Origin: Eledone cirrhosa
Taxonomy: Eukaryota
DNA length: 64,000 bases
Direction: 5' to 3'
Assembly (NCBI GenBank): GCA_964016885.1
Contig: OZ024750.1
Coordinates: 19,964,001-20,028,000 of the forward strand
The number at the start of each line of letters is the position of its first letter. Position 1 is the stretch's first letter. Under the pieces are notes generated by a model. It saw only the letters and a program-made list of their open reading frames with translations. It did not search any database and was not told where the DNA came from. A program made the translations under genes and the position numbers. Below, in pieces: positions 29,905 to 45,810 of the stretch.

Positions 29905-30175
29905 GACAAAGAAGGTGTGGTAAGAAACCAGGTGGACTATATCGTATCAGAGTACTCGATACTTATGATAGTAGAGCAGATAATAGGAAAAAGTCAAGAC
30001 CCCGACGGCTGAGATCAAGCCTTTTCGACAGCAAGATCCGAGAGTTCGGATCTAGCTGTCGAAACGGCTGGAGCTCACCCATCGGCGTCTTGAATCTGTT
30101 CATATTACCTACTCTACTACACCACCTATCGAGTGGTTATGGTCCACCACCGGGTATTTTACCACACCATTTCTT
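29905..30175. mobile_element. Fold-back element folding inside HHR stem II
   Basis: Arms meet at gatccgagagttcggatc (~30041); each arm carries GAAA, stem III and TC but no CTGANGA. Confidence 0.78.
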
Positions 30176-30196
30176 ATATATATATATACATATATA

Positions 30197-31385
30197 AGCA
30201 AGTGAATGTATGAAGGATTTATTAGCCGTTATAACAAGTTCTTTATTCAAATCTTACATAATGTTTGCCCCGTATTAAAGCATCACACGGGCTTTTCAGG
30301 GAAATGATGTTTGTTTATACAATATCATCAATAAATATACCGTATGTCTGGCTGAAACTATCCACAGTAGATTTACCATTCCATGCATCGTAAACAAAAA
30401 TATTAACGGCGATTGTGATAGGGGCATAATTAGCAAGGGAGGCAACTGCACGCTGAAAAGGCAGAAAAGCATCCTAGAATAGTTTCTATATTCCATGTAA
30501 AGGGATGATTTAGCAGAGTGAGTCTAATTCAGTAGGTGTTGGACAGTGCTTAGTTAAAGGTTAAGAGCATCATTAAATACTGTACGTAAGCTGATTTATT
30601 ATAGGAAGAACTTAATGGTGGTGCAATGTAGACAGCTGGGCGGATAGAATGTTATCCTTGGTACAGAGACCAGTTGTAGAATGAGTGTTGTAGTCTGTGT
30701 CTGCAATTTGTTACAGCCTCGGCTCTACTATTAATAAATGTGTGCGATGAGCTTATTATATAATACGTTTCCATTAAGCACAGCTGACATTTCTTCCTAG
30801 AGATGTAAAGCGTTGCTTGGTCTACTATACTCCACAGGTTTGTGTAGCTAATGTTAGATTAACGTTAATAATGTGATATCATTTGCAAAGGAGGTAGAGA
30901 CCATGCATTTTTTTTATTTCTAAAAGAGTGTAGATGTGATCTAAATCTAGCCTTGAACTCATTGGATGCGGCGCCTATGTAAGACTTATGGCTATTGCTG
31001 GTCGTCACTGTGCATTTGTACATTACATTGCTTAGCACTGTCCAACACCTTCTGAATTAGACTAACTTTGCTAAATCATGCCTTTAGCTGGGATATACCA
31101 ATAATTCGAGGGTGCTTTCTGCCTTTTCACCACGCAGTTGCCTCCCTTGGGGATTATGCCCCTTTCACAGTCGCCATTAATAGATTTTGTCTACGATGCA
31201 TGGAAAGGTAAATCTACTGTGAATAGTTTCAACCAGACAGACGGTATATATATTGATGACATTTTATTAACAATCATTTCTCTGAAGAGCCCGCATGATT
31301 CTTTATAACGGGTGAAATATTATGTAAGATTGGTATAAAGAACTTGTTATAACGGCTAATAACTCCAGCATTCGTTCAATTGCTT
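30197..31385 (-). mobile_element. Truncated PLE with inverted arms and GIY-YIG C-terminus
   Basis: Arms 30197-30552/31032-31385; minus frame 30852-30661 encodes WSIVDQA..Y...KCQLCLMETYYI...FINSRAEAVTNCRH; HHR 31279-31329 reads tct CTGAAGA gcccg..cgggt GAAA tattatg TA aga. Confidence 0.85.
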
Positions 31386-31557
31386 ATACCTGCTCTGCTT
31401 GAACACTCTCCTTAATATTAACTCCTCTCTAATATATAACTCTGCTAACCCAAGCATTGAGCACATTTCGCTTCGGCTATCGGCATTTATTAATCTGTAC
31501 CGCACCTCTCTGTATCTCTCTGTCTCCACCTCCCCTACGATACATGCATCCTAATAT

Positions 31558-31737
31558 TTTGGCAATATCGGTAGAGGGTCGGACGCCATGCTTTGACGCA
31601 TAGAGTTACGGCCCTTGCCATTCTGAGTTCAAATCCCGCCGAGGTTAACTTTGCCTTTCATCCTTACGGGGTTGATAAAATAAAGTACCAGTAATGCACT
31701 GGATAATTGCTGGCCTTGTGCCAAAAGTAGAAACAAT
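31558..31737 (+). mobile_element. tRNA-derived SINE
   Basis: Nearly identical to the 4458 copy. Confidence 0.9.
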
Positions 31738-32060
31738 TATTATTATTATAATAATGGGTTGGTGGAAACGGTGCAGAAAAAAACAATGTAATTTCCTTAA
31801 CATGTTCAACACCATCATTTTACACCAATACATATTATTATCATTTGATAATGCATAAAAATGCTGAAACCGGTAATACACAGTTATTAAATATATAAAT
31901 AAATGTCATTGTTAATTATTAAATGAATTAACCAATACCTTAACACTTCACACACATTAAAATATTTTGTTTTAATCATTTTCTTACCCAGAGAAAAGAG
32001 AAAAAAACTAAAAAGGAAAAAACAAAGTTTTTCTTCCTAATAATCGCCTTTTTCTCCCTG

Positions 32061-32113
<53 letters not shown>

Positions 32114-32679
32114 TTTACCCTAAACTCTTTACAATTACATTTGATCATACACACACAGAATGTATATCTTCCCGTGTGTTTGTGGAGGGAAGGATAGTTA
32201 GTAATTCATAGGTTTTTAACATGACCTATCATTGTAAATATATAAAACTTTATCTATATCCTACTGTAGTAATTCATGCACATGATATATTAAGTAACAT
32301 CAAATATAAGCATCAAGAACAAGCACGATTTAAAATGCGTGCGCGGAGTTATCACTATGCCAGGTATGATAACTGTTCAAGGTGATAATGACCTTAATTG
32401 TTACACATACATGATGGCTACCCCCTCGTTATCGAGTATAGCCATTGCACGATATACCATTATTAATAATTATTAATTAATTATATCGTGCAATGCTTGT
32501 GCGTGAATTTTTTTTTAAGTGAGTAAAGATTCTGCACTGATCCAAATCCCACTCTCTGAGCGACAGTAGCTATAACCCGAAGAAAAGATCAACATCATCG
32601 GTAACTACTGCATACATAAATATATACATTCATATACATATATATGAGTATCCCAAGACGATAGGAAACGGTTTTCCGT

Positions 32680-33161
32680 GGTCGGTTTTCGGTTACTCAC
32701 TAAACAAATAATGTTTCGAAGGCAGATGCGATCAAAAAAATCGGAGGTGCTTACCAAATGTATATCTTTAAAGGAGCAGAAGCACAAGGGTTTATATATA
32801 TATTTATGGCTGCGAATGACCCTTCGTGCTTCCTGGCGCGATCGAGTGGGAAACAAGGAAATCCTGTGGAGAGCTGGGCCCTGTACGCTGCAGATGATGG
32901 TCGTGGAGCGGCGGTACCACCTGGCTGGCATATTCTGCGCTTGTCCGACGAACGACACTCGAAAAGAGCGATGACCTGGACTCCACCTGGCGGCAGACAG
33001 AGGTGGGGTTGCCCCAGGGTCACCGGGTGACGAACATACCGAAACGACCTGATAGTAGCCCACATCACTTGGCAGGGACGCGGAAAAGCTACCGCTGATC
33101 GTCACTGTTGGCGAGTACTTACTGCTCGATGCCACGAACGGTGCAAAGAAATTAAGTCTAA
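32680..33161 (+). pseudogene. RTE-clade LINE 3' fragment
   Basis: WLRMTLRASWRDRVGNKEILWRAG...RRYHLAG, frameshift, then HILRLSDERHSKRAMTWTPPGGRQR.G.PR. Confidence 0.85.
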
Positions 33162-33200
33162 GATATATATATATATATAGATATATATATATATATATAT

Positions 33201-33656
<456 letters not shown>

Positions 33657-33722
33657 TATACTTTCACTCGTGTAGGACACCTCGGCTAATTTTAATTTTG
33701 TTAAAAAACACCTCACTTTTTA

Positions 33723-33772
<50 letters not shown>

Positions 33773-36166
33773 CGGATCTAGCTGTCGAATCGGCCAGAGC
33801 TCAGCCGTCGGGGTCCTGACTATTTCCTATTATCCACTACTACCCTAAGTATCGAGTACTCTGGTGCGTTATGGTCCAGCTGGCTTCTTACCACACTTTC
33901 TTTGTTCTTTACCTCCTAATTTCGTAGTGGACCACTTTTCGCCCCATACCACACTCCAATCCCGACACTACTACCAAGCTCCAGTTCCTTACTTGAATAA
34001 TACCCAGTTCGGATCTAGATTGCAAAACGGCCGCAGCTCAGCCGTCGTGGTCCACAACGCTTTAATTACTTTAGAGAATAATCATCTTTTGTCGGTTTGT
34101 GATTGACGACGTTATTCATCCCGTCTAATCTGGACATGGCTGATGCCAATTGTAGTGTAGAAAAGAAAAGTCAACTCAGTTATTAAATACATCAGACACT
34201 GTTCCTACAGCTAAGACTACCTATCAAATTTGCCTTTCTTTGATGAGATAAAATTGAATGTCTGCAGGCAAAATAGTAGAGAATAAATTTCCATATGAAT
34301 ATATTGCATTGGTTCTTATAAAGAATTGATTTTGAGGAATGTCTTTATTTTTTCGTATTTTTCAATATATTTCAGTCTTACCATGCCTACACCTACATCT
34401 ACATATATCTACATGCCAGTTCACAGAGACACAAACGAAATACATTTCACTTATTCACTCAGCATCAGAAAAGGACAATATTTAGTACGAAAATCGTTAT
34501 CAATCTTCCTCATAATAATAATTTCCGTTCTTTTTTCCTTTCTCGTTGACTGCAGAATGACAAATCTCTTGAATAGGTCCTCTTCTAACTATTTCAATAC
34601 ATACTATTTTAGTTTATCTCGTAACACGAATATTTATAGATTCCATTAAAAACAAAATTCATATTTTTAAAATCCTATCTATTCTTTATTTTTCGTGTGT
34701 TTGTTTGGCCTACACTTATTCTAAACTTTTCAAAATCTAGTGTGTTGCTAATACACGCAAGAATAACTTCTCCGTGATGAATCAAGTGTTTGTAACCGTA
34801 TATACATAGAGCTTATTTTTCATGAAACACCTTCAAGTGAGTAATGTTTCTTAACTTAATTATCTAGATAGTACTGAGGAATCAAAGAAGATTCATAATA
34901 TGATACATGGAATAAACTTTCACAGAGATCAGAGATCTGAGAGGATTTGAACTCTGAACTGCCTAATAACATTACACATCTGACTACTATGTTATCCAAG
35001 TTGTTTATATCAATAAATTGTATTAGTGAAGCACATCAGTAATACATTTATTTCCTTCCTCACATTCAGATATGACATGCATAGTTTAAACTCTGCAATA
35101 TTTCAAAGTTAAATAGCAAGAAATGAAACTAAATAAAATTATTTCATTGTAGTATTACTGCGAGTGGTCACATCCATCGTCAGCATTCTTCGTATTGATT
35201 TATGCAATAGCATTAGACTATTTGAAATATAAGAACGAAGGTGTGTGATATCAATGCTTATTCTCCGTGGCATTAGAAATCCTAATACTGTCTGCTTTTA
35301 GTCTATTTGGTAGCATATGTCACTAAATATAATATTGAAGTAAATCTGAGTTTTATCATACATGGCACTTATTAGACTGTCGTGAATTTTGATATTTTCC
35401 TTTGTGAAACATCCCAGAGAAGCAATATATCATTTATTTAAATTATCGAAATTTACCGTAACCCATTAGGCCTTAGATATATTAACCAATTCGCCATATT
35501 CCTTTCGTATATATATGACATGCATGTTTTGTCAGTCCCAAACTTATCTAAACTTCCAGGAATATATTTACAGCAACACGATTAATAGAGCAGGTATCAC
35601 ATTCGTAATAGAAACAGCAGTGGGCAGAAAGCAGACCTCCACTATTCAGTCTTTCTACTGCAGCTGCAATGTATATTGCAATCAGCTTAAACTATTGAAC
35701 TTTGAGACAAATATATCAGGCACCCATTCTCATAATGACAAATTGAGCCACGTTGACTTATGTTTATAAGCGCCACATTAAAATCCACATGCTTATTAAT
35801 TATTATATATGTGAAAATGTATGACTATCGACGTCATATCCCAGGTGAGGAATCTAAGATGTTAATCAATTATTAATCCTTAAGGTACTGAACTTCCAGG
35901 GGCTTTTTATCGAAAAAGCCAATGTCTGTGAACATCAGAGCTCCCAAAACCGAGAGAATGGAGGTGTTACCCCCAACCAAAGACGGTTTCAAGTGCTAAG
36001 AATACAGTTGACTCAGCTAAAGACCAGTTGTGGTGTTCATGCGAGCGGCGCATTGTATCTACCATCGCTAACCTTTCATATATATGTCAGGCAATAAATC
36101 TGACAGACTGTGTGGCCCTAACCTGATATACTAAAGAATAATAATTGATCAGAAACGTTATATTAC

Positions 36167-36255
36167 CTTGAAAGAAACTAAACTGCAATCTATCGCTGCA
36201 TTAGCTGCTATACTGTTTGAGGTATAGAGGAACAAATCTTCCTTTGATCTATTTG
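36167..36255 (-). CDS. Candidate internal exon (phase 1-0)
   Basis: Acceptor tttattgtacag, 89 bp, single open frame NRSKEDLFLYTSNSIAANAAIDCSLVSFK, donor AAG|gtaata. Confidence 0.3.
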
Positions 36256-38461
36256 CTGTACAATAAATTATTTGATTAGTGATAACCCAAATACATTATG
36301 ATTGTTCAATCGATATATTTCAGTTACTGTCCACCTATCCGTGGCAGAGAACCAAGTTATTTTATAGTGACACTTGCATCACACACGTTTATTCAATATA
36401 ATGTATGATTGCGGAATATGTTGACACACTGTTTTTGTTAACATCATTCAAGTAAATTGCCTGTTTTATTCATACATATATGAAGAGGGCTTCTACTCAT
36501 TTTATGTTATTCTAATATGGTGGATTAGCAGAACCTTTAAACATAATTTATAGTATGGTTCCCATTCCTTGCCATCAGTGTTCTAATCTCGTCGAGGTCA
36601 ATTTTGTCTTTTATTTTTCAGGGATCGACAAAATAAAGTACTAATGAAGTAGTGGTTTCAATTTAATCTACTAGTAGTTGGCCTTGTGCCTAAACGTAAT
36701 ACCAATATATATTATCCTATAATGAGAGTTAATTTCCTGTAGTACAGCATTTCTTGAATATATTTGAAATCTATCATATATTTTAAATGAAACTTTATAA
36801 TTCTCATAAAAAAATAAGCTCATTCACGTTATGTTCTTTGAATAGAATGAAAATGAACATGAATAAGTTTATTACTCCCAATGGCTTTCTGGCTCAGAGT
36901 TCATATATAATCTTACTTCCGAAGTATATAGTATTTCCTTTCGAAAGACAGTATGTTAGGATTTCCTTGAGGTTTATCAGCTATTTCTACCATCTTGTGT
37001 GACTTAGTTGACGCCTGCTTCTTTTGGAATATAAAGATGCAATGTCTACCAGACGTAAAATATTGTGTCTCACTCGCTTTCCTCACAAATAATCTATTTA
37101 TGATAACTCAGTTAGATTTTTCAGTAAGGAAATACAAACTTCATCGACACGTAAAACCAATGAAAACCAAAGAAGAAAACAGACACAAAAAAGGAATTAA
37201 TTATCTTTTCGAATATTTAACGCCTGAAGCAGAAATATTCAGTATAATAGAGATTATTAATGTTTATCGGGCGTAGAGCTATTAAACAACAACATTTATA
37301 TGATTAGTATTTGATTAGAATTTACATTTTATGATTACTAATATCTTTGAAGGTGCCAAGGACGAACCATTTTTATAGCTCTAAATTGCCAATAATTTAT
37401 TACCAGCGACAATGATCACAAATAATCATAGAAATTCATAACATTATTTTTCCCTTAAAACTACCATATTCTACCCTCGTCTCGTGACCCATTCTACTCC
37501 ATTAAACGCATATATTGATTATTGTTATCGCCATTGCTTTCATGATTTTTAAATTTATCTCAGCTGTTTTTGTTCCTTGGAATCATCACTATTATCTCGG
37601 TTTTTATCACCGAGGTCATATTTTCAACTGTATCAGAATCGTCACTGTGTTACGCTGACAACCGATACTTCACTCACCCTCCTCCACCCTTGCTACTCCA
37701 CGTCGTCACTATATTTTCAATGCAAATCCTAATAGTTGTAGGTCTCTCCATTACAATTTATTCATATTTGCCATCATTAATTAAACATTATGAAATAATA
37801 TCAATTCCTTTACGGGAACGACACTTTCCGATTAAAAACAAAATGTGTTCCACATGTATCAACTTCCCTCGCGGCCATGATGATAAGAATGATGGCAATC
37901 AATGCAATATATTATGTTTCATAACAATGCTTGAATGTCTTCAATAAAATCTGCAAGCTTTTTGACTTCATGAGTAAATGGCAAACATTCGAAAAAGAAT
38001 ACGCGCACAAAAATCCATAATGCATATGAAGCACGGGGCAGTAATAGGTGATACGTAGAATAGAAAATATGTTTATTCTCACGCGGTGATAAGTGTCAAA
38101 AGGAGATACACATGAAATATTCTGTTCTGAATGTCTACACTTATCTAGGGATCTTAAATGTGCTTTGTCATATTATATTTTGAACAGGAGGGGAGTTAAA
38201 TGCCCACTCAGATACAGTTGACCCTACTAGACATATCTTGGTATATTGATATGTGTCGTGTTACTACTATCGAGAGTTTCACGTAAAATAACTTGCAACC
38301 AAAGTTACCGTTGTTATATACTTCAATAACATTTACTATATTTACCCATGTAATTAGGAGATATACACGTATACAAACTCGCCTGAATGTGGTAGTAAAT
38401 ACATATGTTTGTTTGTGTGTGGGTATTTGTATACTTATAAACATGCATACATATATATATG

Positions 38462-38537
<76 letters not shown>

Positions 38538-38552
38538 GTATAAATATATGCA

Positions 38553-38748
38553 GAGGTTATATTTAATTTGTTGGGATTCAACTATCCAGGAAGCTCCAAC
38601 CGTTAAGGTTGTCTTTTTTCAGGGTATGTCAATATTTATTTATAAAACTAATCTGTATTTTATCTGATAAACGACCACCATAATTTGCCTTGGTGGCCCT
38701 TGAAATATGCATAATAAAATAAATATGGTTTTATAAATATATATTGTA
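38553..38748. mobile_element. Rearranged member of the 25357 family with HHR at 38656-38721
   Basis: tattttat CTGATAA (G8A) ..ccacca/tggtgg.. GAAA tatgca TA ataaaata. Confidence 0.7.
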
Positions 38749-38959
38749 TATATATATATATATATTTTAATATATATATATATATATATAATTATAAAAA
38801 TTATATATATACATATATATATATAATTATAAAAATTATATATATATACACATATATATATATTGAGTATATGCTCGTTGTATACCAACACCTCAGTATG
38901 CAGAGTGGAGCACTCGACGAAGTGCGTAGGTTGGTTTGGTTCCTCTTGAGTAATGTAAA

Positions 38960-39487
38960 ATAAAATAAAATAAATAAGTCAAATGTTTAAAATTTGGCTT
39001 CGTTTATTACTGTTATATATATTTCGGTGACAGCCATCTTTGTCCGTGATCTCTTCAGGCAGTCCGAATTAGTGTGGTAGAGACGAGTACACATGTTGTT
39101 GAGGTGTTTAACTTTGTCAATACACTGATATGCCCACTTCCTGGTTGGGTTGTTGTTCCACTGAGGAACTGGAATCATATGCATTTAAACAAACGAATTT
39201 CAGCGTCAAAGGACGAGAGGAGTAGATGTCCTTTGACGCTGATATTCGTTTGTTTACATTCATATGATTCCAGTTCCTCAGTGAAACAACAACCCGACCA
39301 GGAACAGGGGCATATCATAGTATTGACAAATTTAAACACCTCAACAACATGTGTACACGTCTCTACCATACTAATTCGGACTGCATGAAGAGGTCACAGC
39401 CAAAGATGGCTGTCACCGAAATATATATAGCTGTAATAAACGAAGCCAGATTTTAAACATTTGACTTATTTATTTTATTTTATTTTA
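38960..39487. mobile_element. Fold-back element with HHR in each arm (39009-39063 minus, 39380-39434 plus)
   Basis: About 250 bp arms; consensus actgc CTGAAGA ggt.acagcca-aaga-tggctgtcacc GAAA tatata TA gcagt aataaa; related to the 20185 HHR. Confidence 0.88.
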
Positions 39488-39589
39488 TATATATATATAT
39501 ATATATATCGCATCTACACGCACATATACTTTTTCAGTTACACATTTAATTCTGTACCAAATTGGTTATTAAACCGTACACACACACAC

Positions 39590-39696
<107 letters not shown>

Positions 39697-40956
39697 TAAT
39701 CGTTATTAACCTTAATATATTTGAAGAGACCAGTTAAATAATTTAGTATGGAAACTGAAATAAGTCCACATTTCCCATCATCAATGTATTTCCCCCTTTT
39801 TTTCTACAGCCATTATTTATTTTTTTGTTATTATCATCGTTACATCTATTGGCTAGCAACAACATTTTCAAATTCCAAGTGCCCTCATGCGTCTTACATG
39901 TCCCTGTCTAATAACTAACGTGTAGCGTTGCTACGTTGGACAATTTTAATTCGCTCTTTCTTTTTTCGGAAACACCCACTTGACAAAACAGTTATTAAAC
40001 TAATTTAACATGCCAACATAGTAAATAAACTGATATCTTCTCATTATTTTCGTTGATTATGTATTTTGTGAAGGGGTTATTTTCCGTAATACAAATGTTC
40101 TGTTTATTATTTTCCAGTTAACATTTCAAAAACCTTGTTATTGTTCCCTTCACAATACTGTATTTGCATTGCTGTAGGCTTTTAAAATATTGTCATTAAA
40201 TTGTATTTATTTTTCATAATCACTTCACTGTCTCAGTTGATATGAATGGTTTTTGTTTCCATATTTCCTTTATTTTTGCTTTCACTTATCCTCTCTCTTT
40301 ATGTTTTATTTGACCTCCTGTTTCCCATACATCATATGATATCGAAATATCGAAAGTGGGAGCATCATAAAATATCTTTTTTGAAATTTGATCATCATAA
40401 AACATAATTAATACATCATTAGAAATACATAAATTTATTTCTCATACTCCTTCTTTTATGTAATTATTAATGAATCGTTTCAAAATCAAACTATTATGAA
40501 TCGAGGCGAGTACATTATTTTCAACTTATATTTATAACCAGAACACTTACTATGATAATTACTAAGAATTTCACAGCTTCTCCCAATATTTTATGTTTGA
40601 TTAATTAATACCCTAACAATATTATATTTTCCCCCAATATCAAACGATTGTCACGCAACACGCTCCTCATTGTAACACACATATGCGTCTTACATTGTCT
40701 CTCACATACATGCGTATCCAAAAATACAAGGCTCTTTATTTCACCCCTATACATAATATAACATACATGTACGCAAACATACACATATACACTCGCAGAC
40801 ACACACATCATTACATCATGCACTCATTCATCTACAACCACGGGCATTTCAAACGAAAAGCATACCACCTCTTCTAACCTTAAGCCACACACATTTAGAT
40901 ACATATATGCGTGCGTATATGTATAAACATATGCAGAAACTCTTGCATCACACACG

Positions 40957-41074
40957 AAGAAGAAGAAGAAGAAGAAGAAGAAGAAGAAGAAGAAGAAGAA
41001 GAAGAAGAAGAAGAAGAAGAAGAAGAAGAAGAAGAAGAAGAAGAAGAAGAAGAAGAAGAAGAAGAAGAAGAAGA
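40957..41074. repeat. (GAA)n microsatellite
   Basis: Pure trinucleotide tract; source of the poly-F/S/R ORFs. Confidence 0.98.
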
Positions 41075-42418
41075 AAAATAAAAATAAAAATAAAAAGAAG
41101 TTAGGAAACGCAACTACTGCATGTATTTTTAATTTCAGCATAACACTCCAAATTCATAATGATATCTGTTTTAACATAATTTCACATCTAGATTCTTGCA
41201 AAAATATACACCTACAGAGTATGTATTTCTTATTTCTCTAGAAATGAGAAATATTTACGATATCAGCATTAATTATGAATGTATATAAAATAAAATAACA
41301 ATTCTATATTATATATTATGTCCATATTTGATTATGAAATTATATCCAAGATATTTATATAATGTCTGGCGTTTTCTGTATTTGATTGTAATAGACTGTG
41401 GTGGGTGGTGTCAACTATTTGGAATGAATTAGAAATTGCGTATTGGTTTGGAATATATTGTGTGGGAAATCACAAAATATTTCCCCGGGATAACTGAAAT
41501 ATCTGACTGCAAAGCAATTAATGACGTTCATTACTCCATTAACGTAAACATATTTCTCTTGCATAGGGTTGTTGTTCTGATAAATATTCAAACAGTAAAT
41601 GTAGTAAAATCGAAAGAAAATGAAAATGAAAGACACTATCTTCTTATTATCACCACGAAGAATGTCATGAGTGGTGACGCGTGGCTATCGCTGTTTATCT
41701 CAAAGAGTATGCATTGTGTTTTTGTACATAACACTTAATTTCACACTGACTTTCATGACATAATGGGATCCCTTACTATTTAAACTTTTAAGAGACACCC
41801 GCGGTATCTATTCCTCGCTATACATATGTTCAGCAATTTAGATATTGATTGAAGTTTCAAGAATATTACATACAAGATAAAATCCCATGCCATAGATGAC
41901 TTTCATAGCACACCAATTAATACATTGCAAATTACAAGCACAATCAAAAGCAACAGCAAAGCAGAAGCGGTATTAAACACATATATATCAAATTTAGTAC
42001 TTCTCTATATACATTCAAAAACATACATAAGTTTAAGAATTAAATGCGAATATGAGTGTGCACATTGACAAGAAAAATGACTATAGTTAGTCAATTATGC
42101 GTTAGGCGTATAAAAATATATAAAAAAAATAAAAGATAAAAAGGGAAAAGAAAGTTTATAACTTCGGAATAATTCTAGTTTAAAGATATTTTTACCTGAT
42201 GAAATGAGTTCCAACAATACATTTGATAGGAAAACATGAGTATCAATACTATTTATAATATAATGCAATACAATGACATACAAATAAATATAGAAAGATA
42301 GATAATTGAACAATTATTTTGCAGAACTACATATATTTATACATTAGAATGCTCTCCAAATGTATGTATAAAAATGTACATATGAACACACAATGTTATT
42401 ATTTTTATTATTATTATA

Positions 42419-42457
<39 letters not shown>

Positions 42458-42458
<1 letters not shown>

Positions 42459-42648
42459 GGGTCGTGGATTGGCAGCATCGGTAGAAGGACGGACGCCATG
42501 CTATGCAGCACAGAGTTACGTACCTTTAGAGACTGAGTTCAGATCTCGCCGACGTTAACTTTGCGTTTCATCTTTACGGGGCCGAGAAAATAATATACCA
42601 GTAATGTACTATGTTAATGCTGGCCTTGTGCCAAAAGTACAAACAATT
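42458..42648 (+). mobile_element. tRNA-derived SINE in a (TAT)n tract
   Basis: Same family, more diverged. Confidence 0.88.
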
Positions 42649-43344
42649 ATTATTATTAATTTAAATTAAGGGAACTGAAGATAGTTAATAAAATAATTCA
42701 GTAAAAAATTGAACTATAAGGTTACCCTCATCTAGAGGGAAATTAAATTCGTAGGTACTTTTACTGCTCTCATCTAACACATTTTGAAATTTGTGGCAGA
42801 ATTTATTTAGCATACGAGGCATGGACTCTGGAGTTAAGGCGCGCAACGAGGCATGGATTTAATGCGCGAAACGAAAAAAATAATATTGTTAACCAATACA
42901 AATCATTCAAAAGGATTCGAAATAGTTTGCCATAGTTACTTGGAGGCTGTTTGAAGCAGCTCTTTCGACAGTATCGGAATCACAAGGTTCTACAGCGGGA
43001 TCTACAAGTTGGTTAAACCATCTTGCCCCCTATCAGCATCCTTCCATATCAAATATTTAGTCCTTTAGGGATGTTCTCCTGTTCTTATATGACGCGGAGA
43101 ATGGAAACTTCACACAATTTCCTTTTAAGCCTGGCTGGTTGAAGGAGAGCCGAATATGAGTAGGCAGTTCACGCAATTGACATTATCATGGTGCAAGACA
43201 CTTCAGTCATAGCGACAGTTGGTACCATGGTAGGAGAATACAAGTAGGGTACTGGAGAATGCATTGGCAGGGTCAATATATAAAACAAAAACAATTGAGT
43301 GTTGAAACGGCAAAAGCTCAGACATTGCATTCCGACTCTTTATT

Positions 43345-43410
<66 letters not shown>

Positions 43411-43562
43411 GTATATAGGTTTGTTGGTTCACCACTGGATAGAATTGGTCATTCCGTATGGTCAATCTTGGTGTACTATTGTGGAGAGTACTCAATTTAG
43501 TACAGTTCACCCTTCTCCGTTTGTGTAGTTGGTGGTGCGAATACGGAGTTAATTATAAATAG

Positions 43563-43664
43563 AATAACAGGCTGGACTGGTGTAAATCCTTGAAAGGTTT
43601 ATTATACTATGATAATAGTATAATAAACCTTTCAAGGATTTACACCAGTCCACCATCCTGTTAT
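43563..43664. repeat. About 100 bp hairpin
   Basis: tggactggtgtaaatccttgaaaggtttattatactat followed by its reverse complement after a 4 nt loop. Confidence 0.9.
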
Positions 43665-44082
43665 TATATATATATATAGCATTTTAACAAACCTTGAAAC
43701 CACATGAATGCGTTTGACACAAAGTTTTATTCAATTATTTGTCTTATCGTACTTTTCGATCGGATAGATCCGTTTCGAACAGATTAGGCTTGATGAAGCT
43801 GACTGAAGAAACAATTTAAAACAACATAACTGATGGATCGAAAATTACGATAAGCACCAAGAGCGAAAAAATAAACATGAACAAACAATTTGTTTAAAAA
43901 ATATAATTAATTGTTTTGGCTTCAAAATCTGTTTTGATTCTCAAACGTTTAACAATTATCCTTCCCCACCTCCTTCTTATTCGAAGAAAATCAGCAGGAA
44001 TGCCCTGGTGATTTCTTTTGAATGAAACAGTTCTACTCCTGTAGAGGCCATTTCTATATTAAAATCATATACATATATATAT

Positions 44083-44127
<45 letters not shown>

Positions 44128-44170
44128 AACGAGTAGGACCCCGCCGTTTCGACGGATATTTCTGGACTAA

Positions 44171-44255
<85 letters not shown>

Positions 44256-44600
44256 GATAAATCTACCAAGAGTTTACGGTAGTGTCCAATCCGTATGAAG
44301 AACTCAATGTATTCCGGATATCATGGAAAGAAGAAATGTAATGAAAAATCACTTTCGGTGAAAGATAAACGGTATACAGAGTCAAGATAAAATATTAAAC
44401 AAATAATGAATAAACAATTCCTTATATTAAACAAAAAAAGTTCATTATTTAACGATCGTTTCTAGGATATATATGTGTTAGAGTTGGCATGCATATTCAA
44501 CAGATCTATGTACAAAATTATACAAAATTATACAAACTATCAAGATTAAATATACATACCAACACATATATACGCCGTCTTCAGAAATAATGTATATATA

Positions 44601-44650
<50 letters not shown>

Positions 44651-45575
44651 TGTAAAAGGTAAACAAAAATAACAATACAATCGGTACAGCATATGGAAGG
44701 AATATATTAGGTTAACACTTGAAATAGTAGGAAGCGGGTCTTAGAATGAGAAATAAGGTATATTGAAGGGACGGGCGAGGTGGTTTTGGAAAGAATGTCA
44801 TAAGATAAAATAACAGGTCCATTCATGTTGACATATATATATTATATATATATTATATATATATATATAATAAAAATAATAATAATTGACTAAATTTGTT
44901 TCGACTTACTCACTTTAATTTCAAATCATAGCCTTGTCAATTTCAATTTAATCTTTTCGAGAACGATGACTAAATCACCAGCTCACATCTGGAGTTGATA
45001 CTATTTTCAAACTCATTCTTCCCATGTCCTCCACTTTGGAATAAATCCTCCGTATTCTTAACTGTAGAGTGATGCCAAATGTCTTATGAAACGTTTCTAG
45101 AAATCCTTCCAAATTTATGTGCACTTTTCTCTGCAGCATTTTTAAGAAAAAACTTTGATGATACTAACTGTTTTATAATTGAATATTTTTAAACATAATA
45201 TAATTGTAGGATTCTGAGAATAATTCAACGTGATGGTAAAACTGTCAAGTGTTGTCGAATTAATTATCCAAATGAAACAATACGACTAAATACTGCTGTA
45301 GAAAAACAGGAAAAAGAATTCTGTACTTTAATACACACACTATATTATACAGTCACAGGTTTCCTTCTCTCTATTTCTCTCTCTTTCTCTTTTTTCTCTG
45401 TATATGTAAATATGCAATTTTAGTGGTAAAGGGGAACCTGTAAAGGAGGGCATGCAGTCCAATCGCCATGGCGGAAAGTGGGGATACGCTGCATTAGCCA
45501 AGCCCCCCCCCCCCCCCAATTGTCTCTAGATGACCCTCCCGGTAAAAGCCGCATGTAGTGTTATCTAGTGTGTGT

Positions 45576-45810
45576 GTGTGTTATCTTTCTATGTGTCTAT
45601 GATTTAGTAAGCAGTCAAAATTCTGCTTGCCCCAAAGCTTTCGTGTGTTTGTGTGTATGTGTGTGTGTGTGTTATAATTTTATGTGTCTACGATTTAGTA
45701 AGTAGTCAAGATTCTGCTTGCCCCAAACTGTCGTGTGTTTGTGTGTATGTGTGTCTCTTATCTTTTTTTGTGTGTATACGTTTTAGTAAGCAGCCAAAAT
45801 TCGGCTTGCT
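45576..45810. repeat. Minisatellite, three copies of ~85-90 bp
   Basis: Repeats of gtgtctaYgatttagtaagYagtcaaRattctgcttgccccaaa joined by (TG)n linkers. Confidence 0.85.

Noticed and set aside
40824-41141. Poly-F/S/R ORFs
   Set aside because: (GAA)n tract.
44940-45150. Possible BEL/Pao integrase tail (F*KRF..LASL, GDLVVLE) or 75 bp exon; similar weak remnants at 12087 (hAT-like), 35940, 42925 (LINE end) and 52960 (mariner-like)
   Set aside because: Too degraded to support without a profile search.
45576-45810. CRISPR-like repeat spacing
   Set aside because: Spacers are not unique, the context is eukaryotic and there are no cas genes.
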